40,000 bases of DNA from Hyphomicrobiales bacterium (GTDB lineage Bacteria > Pseudomonadota > Alphaproteobacteria > Rhizobiales > Aestuariivirgaceae), in the NCBI GenBank assembly GCA_038231475.1, contig JBBRLH010000011.1, positions 42,634 to 82,633 on the forward strand. Reading direction: 5' to 3'. A model generated the notes under the pieces. That model was not told the origin of the DNA, made no database searches, and saw only the letters and a program-made list of their open reading frames with translations. Made by a program: the position numbers and the translations under genes. This document shows, in pieces, positions 30,447 to 37,219 of this stretch; positions within the stretch are counted from its first letter, which is position 1; each line of letters begins with the position of its first letter.

Positions 30447-30561
30447 GGTATAGTGATATCTCGTAGAGTTCCGATTTATCAAGTTTGTTGTCATTGGGAT
30501 TTTGATTGAGTGCATGCTTATGCATGAAAGATTTCTATCAATGATCAATGGTGTTTTCGCG

Positions 30562-31674
30562 TCAATTTGATCTGGATAGTTCAATCATTTTGTTGCTCAA
30601 AAATGGTCGGTAAAAAGTTACCGCAGCGCTATATGGCTTCAATCTATTCACCGAGCTTTTCAAATAGCACGCACTATATTTTGCATTGTAGGTAGCCAGG
30701 TTGCAGGACTGATTTATTTGACACGCATTTTGACAGTCGCCTTGGGAAATGCCTCTGGTAGGCATATTGGGAAGATCATCTCCTGGCGCATCAAATCCCA
30801 CAACACTCAAAAGTCTTTGACTAATGTCTGTTGTTGGAACGTCGGTTCCTATAATTTCGGTTTCTGATACTGGGTTTTTATCTTGAGCTTCTGCGATGGA
30901 GGTTTGAATATCAGTTTGGGGCGCTGCTCCAGATGTAAGTGGCACTTCAACAATTTTTTCATCTGAATTACCGGTCTGAACAGGTGGCGGCGTGAACGGA
31001 GCAACACTCACTTGATACGATTTACCGTCCAGCCATGGGCATTTATTGGCTAAATTCTCTATGTCACTACTAGACAAACCTATATCTGAAACAAAATTTG
31101 GATCAAAATCAGGCGTGGTTTGTCCCGATAGAACTGAACTCCGATTGCCCAGAATAATTTGCGCTGAAAGTTTTCCTTTTGCACCTTGGAAATAGCACCA
31201 AGCGCTTTGCCATTGTCCCTTTGCCTGATCTTCCTGTGTTGCAAAAGCATGGCCAGCGGTTACGTCCCAAGACTTTCCACCAGCAAACACGCTTGTATTC
31301 TTAAATATTGTAAAATTAGTTGTGACGTAATCAGACTTGGTATTTTCGGCTTTGGTTGGTGTCGTATCCAACGTCGTTTTGGAATTCGTAACTGGAACAG
31401 GTGCCGGCGGCTCTATAGAAGGGGAATAATCCTGTTGGGATATCATCGGGTGATCTGTCGTATTAATTAAACGAATGGCAAATGCCGCTGCGACAATAAC
31501 CAATGCAATTGCGGCGGCTCTTCCCAACCAGTTCGACCGGCTTATGGCACTAGTCATCACAGGATAAGACGGGGCGCCGATAGCAGGTGCCAAAGTCAAA
31601 AATTTAGCATCGTACCTTCGAATTATTTGTGCCAGCGCTTCTTCAAGTGCTTGGGTGTTGTGCCTTGTCTCCAC
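30562..31674 (-). CDS. membrane-anchored protein with C-terminal PAN/Apple-like Cys domain
   Basis: 370 aa. Single TM (AAAIALVIVAAAFAIRL). C-terminal GDCQNACQINQSCNLATYNAKYSACYLKS matches the C..C....C......CxLK spacing of PAN/Apple (PAN_4-like). AT-rich. Overlaps the upstream gene by 32 nt; an alternative start is at 31557. Confidence 0.6.
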   Translation of the reverse strand: METRHNTQALEEALAQIIRRYDAKFLTLAPAIGAPSYPVMTSAISRSNWLGRAAAIALVIVAAAFAIRLINTTDHPMISQQDYSPSIEPPAPVPVTNSKTTLDTTPTKAENTKSDYVTTNFTIFKNTSVFAGGKSWDVTAGHAFATQEDQAKGQWQSAWCYFQGAKGKLSAQIILGNRSSVLSGQTTPDFDPNFVSDIGLSSSDIENLANKCPWLDGKSYQVSVAPFTPPPVQTGNSDEKIVEVPLTSGAAPQTDIQTSIAEAQDKNPVSETEIIGTDVPTTDISQRLLSVVGFDAPGDDLPNMPTRGISQGDCQNACQINQSCNLATYNAKYSACYLKSSVNRLKPYSAAVTFYRPFLSNKMIELSRSN

Positions 31675-33298
31675 GCCTGCGACCCTTCAGTGATATTTTT
31701 ACCTGCTCAGCAATGTCACTCGGCAAAGCAGCATCCAAAGATTTAAAAAGTTCGTCCGGATTATCTGTAAGGAGAGGAATGTAAAGAATCTCCTTGATGA
31801 CCTTCTCCACCGGAACCTCTTTTTCCACAGTAAGGGTTCGAACTCTTTTCCACCTTCGACCTACGACATAGCTGCGAAAGAGCCTAGAAATCCCCCCTTG
31901 TTTTTGAACGGTTGAGGGCGACAAACCAATTTTCTGCAATCCCAATGCAACAATTGCACACATTGGGCCAGCCAAGGCAGCGAGTGCGGCGAGTGACCCA
32001 AACCAAATTAGACCAATTTTTGATGCCGATTCTATTTTCACATCCTCAGCATTTTGCCCAAATACCCATCCAGCCAGTCTTTGAACTTGATCTTTTCTTG
32101 CAAGGACTATTCGCTTGCTCTCCGTTTCTTCAATTTGCTTATCAAGAGCGAACAACTTGTCGTTATTCTCATTTATTGAGTTGGACCGAGAAGTTTCTAA
32201 ACTCTGAGCATCACCCATAAGCTGGCGAGCTTTGTCAATTTGGGTCGCCCATTTATTGTCGGAATCACGCAATTGAGCCACAAGTTCTTTGCGCCGTGCT
32301 TCCGCCTCCCCGCGTTGACTCGTATTACTGTTAGAAAGATTGGCGCGAATGGAATCAAGTTGATCCCGTTTTTGCGAAATTTCCAGATCAATTGCATCCA
32401 CTTTGGATTTGAAATCGGCGTAGATTGCGGGAACGGGGTTTTTGAGTGCAGCTAACTCCTGGGACCACTGAGCCTTTTGACTTGTGTCTGCACCTTTGAG
32501 CCTGTCTACATAGCTATCGCGTTGGCTGGTGAATAGTTTCGATTGCTCTTCCACCTTTTGATTTTGTTCACTGACGAGGGCCTGTCGTTTCTCGTCTAAA
32601 GCCTTTAAACTGTCGCGAAGCTGTGCTCCCTCAGGTGTAAGCACGACCCCGCCTTCCAAATCTTTTTCTACTTTGGATATTTTACTTTCAATAGATTGAT
32701 GATCCTGCTCAGCCAATTTTGAAAGCTTATCAATATTGTCTTGCGAGTCGGAAAGAGCACTGTGGCCCTGTAAGGTCGCGATCTCATTCGCAATCCTTGC
32801 CCGATCACGTTGCAGATCACCTTCACTTTTCTGAAGTTCTTTAAACCTCAACTCTCTTAGAGTTGTTGATCTTTCAAGACCCATGAATACGGTTTCGAAA
32901 GTAATGCCTGCAAGCAAAACTAAAAATATGGCTAGTATAGGTTTCCATCTCCATTTCACCGAAAATAACAACGTCGCAATTGGAATCTTTGTGAGTTCAG
33001 CCAACGCCACCATAAAGAATGGCGCGCTCGCAAGAATAAGATCGCTGCGATCTGCACTTTCGCTGTTTTCAAATGCTTGCAACCCTAAAACAATGCCGGT
33101 CGTAAGGCCTATCGAAGCCGCGATAATTTCGAGCGCCCACGCACAGCGATAGGTCCAGCGACCGTAAGAGGCCAATTTTGCATTAAAAGTATCAGATGGT
33201 CGGGTTTTTCCGCCGCTTAGCACTGAAGATTGTAAATCAGTGTTGCCGTCCGAATTATGACTTGCGGTAGATGTTGCTTGGTTATTGTTAAAGCCCAT
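31643..33298 (-). CDS. multi-pass membrane protein with ~300-aa central coiled coil (unknown function)
   Basis: Start set at ATG 33298 (GGGGAAG RBS); the track start is 33403. Three N-terminal TM segments, a long heptad-rich Q/E/K/D/S region, one further TM (IGLIWFGSLAALAALAGPMCAIVALGL) and a basic C-terminal tail. Confidence 0.6.
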   Translation of the reverse strand: MGFNNNQATSTASHNSDGNTDLQSSVLSGGKTRPSDTFNAKLASYGRWTYRCAWALEIIAASIGLTTGIVLGLQAFENSESADRSDLILASAPFFMVALAELTKIPIATLLFSVKWRWKPILAIFLVLLAGITFETVFMGLERSTTLRELRFKELQKSEGDLQRDRARIANEIATLQGHSALSDSQDNIDKLSKLAEQDHQSIESKISKVEKDLEGGVVLTPEGAQLRDSLKALDEKRQALVSEQNQKVEEQSKLFTSQRDSYVDRLKGADTSQKAQWSQELAALKNPVPAIYADFKSKVDAIDLEISQKRDQLDSIRANLSNSNTSQRGEAEARRKELVAQLRDSDNKWATQIDKARQLMGDAQSLETSRSNSINENNDKLFALDKQIEETESKRIVLARKDQVQRLAGWVFGQNAEDVKIESASKIGLIWFGSLAALAALAGPMCAIVALGLQKIGLSPSTVQKQGGISRLFRSYVVGRRWKRVRTLTVEKEVPVEKVIKEILYIPLLTDNPDELFKSLDAALPSDIAEQVKISLKGRRRGDKAQHPST

Positions 33299-33387
33299 TT
33301 TTCTTCCCCGAAACAATCTAACAGCTTTGTTACCATAGGCAATAGACTGTATAAAAACCGACGAGCAGGAAGCCTTAAGGGGATTTC

Positions 33388-33693
33388 GTGATAGTGATGA
33401 CATGGAAAATGTGGCGTTATACTTCCGTAACAGCCTTGATGCTGACGTGCACGGCCATAATTTTCGAAACCCCTCAAGCTTCGGCTTTCACACAAGCGGA
33501 AATTGCACAGCGAATTATCAACGATAGTTTATCTACCTATCCTGGCAATTGCCCCTGTCCCTATAACAGAGACCGAGCTGGCCATTCATGTGGAAAAAGG
33601 AGCGCTTATTCTAAACCAGGTGGATACTCGCCAATATGTTTTGCAAGCGATGTTACTGAGGAAATGATCCAAAATTGGATTCATAGTCATTGA
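33388..33693 (+). CDS. small secreted Cys-rich protein
   Basis: 101 aa. Signal peptide ending QASA. Mature part contains GNCPCPYNRDRAGHSCGKRSAYSKPGGYSPICF. Divergent from the coiled-coil gene. Confidence 0.5.
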   Translation: MIVMTWKMWRYTSVTALMLTCTAIIFETPQASAFTQAEIAQRIINDSLSTYPGNCPCPYNRDRAGHSCGKRSAYSKPGGYSPICFASDVTEEMIQNWIHSH

Positions 33694-33833
33694 AGTGGAA
33701 TCGCGAGAACATGAGTGAATAAATAGGACTCGACAGGTCAATGGATAACTTATATATATTCCTATATACGTTATTTAATCCTTCGGAGACTAATATGCGA
33801 AATCAAACTGGCTTAAGCATAAAATGGAGGAAA

Positions 33834-33944
33834 ATGGAGGTCAGTGCTAGCGGAGTTCCAGCGCTTTTAACCGTGGTGATAATATCTCTGTGTATCGTGG
33901 CAGGCTTAGCTATCACTCATGTATTTGGATGCGTGTTTATCTAA
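33834..33944 (+). CDS. possible 36-aa hydrophobic peptide
   Basis: ATG 33834 is preceded by GGAGGA. MEVSASGVPALLTVVIISLCIVAGLAITHVFGCVFI is a single TM. The RBS-ATG lies in a perfect 10-bp tandem duplication, AAAATGGAGG x2 (33821-33840). Weak call. Confidence 0.3.
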   Translation: MEVSASGVPALLTVVIISLCIVAGLAITHVFGCVFI

Positions 33945-34109
33945 TCTGATTTTTTTTGATTTTAAGTTTGAACACCACGAAATTACAATGCATTTGGAAA
34001 TTTTGGAAATTTCAAACCCTCTCGATTTTCGACTTTTCTGTGAATTGAGTGCAAGAAAATTTGGCGATGAATTATTGTTGTAAAATGACAAGCGGATTTA
34101 GTTCTATAT

Positions 34110-35162
34110 TTAGTCGTGCGCAATCACTGCACATATAGCCGTGACAATTTTCCTAGCCAATTGTGGGTTCAAACGACAAAAACCCTCATCGGTCACCACA
34201 AAATCAGTTACTGAAAATGTTTCTTTGAAGATCATTTTCAGTATTTGACCATCAACAATCGGCCGAAATGGCTCCATGCGGTCAAGTACGAAAGCATCGC
34301 GGTATTTTCGCTTTCGATGAAATATTCCAATTGTTGGATCGTAGCCTTCAGCAATAACTTGAAGTTTGATTTGTGAATGAAGCACCGCGTAGGCGTAATT
34401 CAACATCGCATTAAAAGGGTGCCGTGCGTTGACGTTGCCTTGGGCAATTGCCGACCGCCTGCCGCCGATATATTTCCAGTCTACCGGGATTAAATCGCGC
34501 TGCTTTAATTTCCAATGAATTGGAATTCTTTGCCAAGCCTCAAAATATTTTGCGGCACTTGCACCCTCCAAACCAAGTAATTCATTGGTCGAAAGTAATT
34601 TCGGACTTTTTAATTTGGTTATGGAGTTTCCGAGAAAATCAATTGCGATTTGCGCCTCATATTTTTCCGAAAACATTTTAAGCGTCGAAATTGAATTCTT
34701 GAATTTTAAAATGAGTAATTTCCGAATTTCAATTTGTGAATTACCCATTTCCAATTGTTTTTGGACCAGCTTTGCATCTGCTGAATAATTCATATTGGCA
34801 ACACATATTACATTTCCCTGCCAATCAATTTGAATAAGGGGTATATTTCTCTCACCAAGCCATTGCAAAACATCGAGAGAAATTGACCCTGACGCGTCGA
34901 AAATGATTATTCGGTTGGGTAAATGTGGATCCCCGCGAAAAAATCGAAATTCCTCGCGTTCTTGGGGATAATGAGTAAATCCATTTCGGATAAATAACGT
35001 CCCGCGATCAATTTGGAACCTGGCCCCATGACCGCAAATAATCAGTGGTCTTTTATCCCGCCTTTTAATTCGGCCTCTATGAGATAGCGATTCTTCGGGT
35101 TTTCCGAGCCAATATTCGGAACGTTCTGCCCAATCTGCAGATGAAACAGACCCATATTCCAT
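34110..35162 (-). CDS. cas1: Cas1 family endonuclease/integrase, stand-alone (putative casposase)
   Basis: 350 aa. LLGLEGASAAKYF (Glu), RRSAIAQGNVNARHPFNAMLNYAYAVL, GYDPTIGIFHRKRKYRDAFVLDRMEPFRPIVD (His, Asp/Glu) form the canonical Cas1 alpha-helical catalytic core. The N-terminal PLIICGHGARFQIDRGTLFIRNG matches the Cas1 beta-domain start. Confidence 0.85.
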   Translation of the reverse strand: MEYGSVSSADWAERSEYWLGKPEESLSHRGRIKRRDKRPLIICGHGARFQIDRGTLFIRNGFTHYPQEREEFRFFRGDPHLPNRIIIFDASGSISLDVLQWLGERNIPLIQIDWQGNVICVANMNYSADAKLVQKQLEMGNSQIEIRKLLILKFKNSISTLKMFSEKYEAQIAIDFLGNSITKLKSPKLLSTNELLGLEGASAAKYFEAWQRIPIHWKLKQRDLIPVDWKYIGGRRSAIAQGNVNARHPFNAMLNYAYAVLHSQIKLQVIAEGYDPTIGIFHRKRKYRDAFVLDRMEPFRPIVDGQILKMIFKETFSVTDFVVTDEGFCRLNPQLARKIVTAICAVIAHD

Positions 35163-35239
35163 TGCGAAATATCCCAGTCAAATTGAGTGTTAAATCTATC
35201 ACAAATGTCAGATTTAGTCCTTAGAATTTAACGGGATAT

Positions 35240-36223
35240 CTAGGTTATTTGACGCGTTTTTCCAGCGCCAACATTTTTTTGTGGCCATTCCTTGCGCTGA
35301 ATAGCGCACACTAAAGCAACGAAATTAGCCACCTTAAAATTTGGCTGCAGCAGCCCTTTGTAAGCTTCAACAAAAAGACCAGGATCAAACCCAGAAGGTA
35401 ATTGGCATTTTGGAATTGCCAGCAATTCTTTAAATGACCGAAGAGCAGCAACCATTTTCCAGAATTCAGTTCTTGCGGTTTTAAAGTGAATTGACTCAGC
35501 GGATTCGAGCGCAAACTGTCCGGAGTTTGTTGTTTCGTCGGCGGGCGCAAAGATGCCTTTGAACAAATTAATCGCAGGGTTTTGTGAAAATTCTCTTGGC
35601 TCTGGAATACCTAAGGCATTTGCCAAGGACTCCGCAAATGACGTCCTAGTTTCGCCTGTCCTCAAAGTGGCAAGCATGTCGAGCCTTTCACGGCCTGAAT
35701 AGGCGAAACCTTCGGGAACCAATCTGCTGTCAACATTTGGAGTCCCATTTTCGAATGCTTTGACCGTTCTGGCACTTGGTTCCGAATTGGCAAGATCAAC
35801 GTTTGAACGGGTATTCATCACTTGAGACGAACTCAACCGCTTCAGAGTCCGCAAGCACGCCCGTCTTAGATCTTTGATATTCACATGCGCGCCGAAGAGC
35901 CAAAGCAGAATTTGCAATTCATCAAAGTATTTTACGCCCTGACTTTTGAAGCGACAAATTCGGCATGCCCGTCTGTAGGCCAAGGCGTCCCAATGGGATC
36001 GAAAACCCTTTCCCCGACCCAAACTAACTTTGATTGGCCCTGGAATGACTCGCTCTTCACACCAATCTCTCACCATACGGTCAGTGACTGTGATCCCGCA
36101 ATTGATCTGAGCCCATTGGATGAGCCGATTGAGAAACTCTTCGTAAGAAAACACCGCAGGTTTCTTCGTTCCGTCCGCGCGATCGCTTTCCAAGTTTAGT
36201 ACTCCCACCATCCATTGCAACAC
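35240..36223 (-). CDS. hypothetical protein (possible N-terminal HTH)
   Basis: 327-aa ORF, the only long ORF in this stretch. FSYEEFLNRLIQWAQINCGITVTDRMVRDWCEERVIPGP could be a helix-turn-helix. No recognised family. Confidence 0.5.
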   Translation of the reverse strand: MLQWMVGVLNLESDRADGTKKPAVFSYEEFLNRLIQWAQINCGITVTDRMVRDWCEERVIPGPIKVSLGRGKGFRSHWDALAYRRACRICRFKSQGVKYFDELQILLWLFGAHVNIKDLRRACLRTLKRLSSSQVMNTRSNVDLANSEPSARTVKAFENGTPNVDSRLVPEGFAYSGRERLDMLATLRTGETRTSFAESLANALGIPEPREFSQNPAINLFKGIFAPADETTNSGQFALESAESIHFKTARTEFWKMVAALRSFKELLAIPKCQLPSGFDPGLFVEAYKGLLQPNFKVANFVALVCAIQRKEWPQKNVGAGKTRQIT

Positions 36224-36268
36224 GCAGGAAAGGTTTGGCCCATTGGACTCTTAATAAGGAGAACCAAT

Positions 36269-36844
36269 GTGACCAAATCAAAGCGCAACTACAAGGACGA
36301 ATATGCCCGCCGCCTAGCGAGGGCGTTCGGTAAGAATCTAAGCCGTGCCGAGGCCCGTGGCCACGGCAAACAAGCCCTGAAGCCGAAGTCGGGGAAAGCC
36401 TTCAGTTCCGACCAGCGGTTTCTGGAAAAGGGCGTCAAGCTCATCAAGTCGGGTTCGAGCCTTACGGGGGCGGCCAAAGAGCTCCATGTGGCACCCGAGC
36501 GCCTGCGCAATTACCTGGAAGCGTCTGGCGTTGCTAAAAAGGTCGGGGCTCGATGGCGGATTGGCCCGGACGACCGCGCCAGGCAAATGCTGGTCTTCTC
36601 AGAACATCGAGCCCTCAAGGTGAAGGTTGAGCCTGAAGCTGCTTCATTGATCGGCAGTTACATGAATGATGTCGGTCTGTTTTTGAACAGCAATAATCCC
36701 TCATTTCTGAAGGCCTGGAAAGATGAACGCTTCGTCGATTTCAAAGGCCGCAAGCACCCCTTCGAAACTGATCCCAATAGTTTGTACCGGCTCAACCAGG
36801 CTGGACGGAACAGCTTCGATGAAATCTACCGCATCATAACATAA
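36269..36844 (+). CDS. hypothetical HTH-like DNA-binding protein
   Basis: GTG 36269 is preceded by AGGAGA; the track start at 36215 would overlap the divergent gene. Basic N-terminus with an LSRAEARGHG motif. SLTGAAKELHVAPERLRNYL is HTH-like. Confidence 0.5.
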   Translation: MTKSKRNYKDEYARRLARAFGKNLSRAEARGHGKQALKPKSGKAFSSDQRFLEKGVKLIKSGSSLTGAAKELHVAPERLRNYLEASGVAKKVGARWRIGPDDRARQMLVFSEHRALKVKVEPEAASLIGSYMNDVGLFLNSNNPSFLKAWKDERFVDFKGRKHPFETDPNSLYRLNQAGRNSFDEIYRIIT

Positions 36845-36856
36845 GGAAACTTGACT

Positions 36857-37219
36857 ATGGACACTACTAAACTTGCAAGAGAAGCCCGCGAACGTGCGGC
36901 CAAGCGAAGACTAGGATCCGATAGCCCGTGCTGCGCCACATGCGGCTGCAGTGATTGGAAATGCCTTGAGGCACACCATATCGCAGGGCGTGCCTATGAT
37001 CCAACTACCGACATTGAGTGTCGTAACTGCCATCGCATCTTGAGCGATTGGCAAAAGGATCACCCCAAACAAACAATCAATCCCCCGAGCTTCGAAGAAG
37101 GGCTCGCTCATTTCCTGCTGGGCATGGCGGACCTGTTTGAGCTGCTAGTCGGAAAACTCCGCGAGTTCGCTGACAAACTACTTGAAAAACTGCAACCCAC
37201 TTTGGAGCCACAATCATGA
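36857..37219 (+). CDS. HNH endonuclease
   Basis: CCATCGCSDWKCLEAHHIAGRAYDPTTDIECRNCHRIL is the CxxC...HH...CxxCH HNH zinc-finger nuclease pattern. Its stop overlaps the polB start (ATGA). Confidence 0.75.
   Translation: MDTTKLAREARERAAKRRLGSDSPCCATCGCSDWKCLEAHHIAGRAYDPTTDIECRNCHRILSDWQKDHPKQTINPPSFEEGLAHFLLGMADLFELLVGKLREFADKLLEKLQPTLEPQS

Noticed and set aside
30505-30514. 10-bp identical match ATTGAGTGCA (preceded by GATTTT) at 30505-30514 and 34044-34053, which could be direct repeats bracketing the 30.5-34.0 kb module
   Set aside because: It is too short, lies in AT-rich sequence, and the flanks do not extend the match convincingly. It is not sufficient evidence for a TSD or TIR.
30399-30584. 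61-aa ORFs in AT-rich spacers (30399-30584 and 33906-34091)
   Set aside because: They have no RBS, an odd composition and lie in likely regulatory or terminal DNA. They are probably chance ORFs.
31835-31845. GGTTCGAACTC, a tRNA T-loop-like string
   Set aside because: It lies inside the coiled-coil protein ORF, and no acceptor, anticodon or D-arm can be folded around it. No tRNA was found in any intergenic region.
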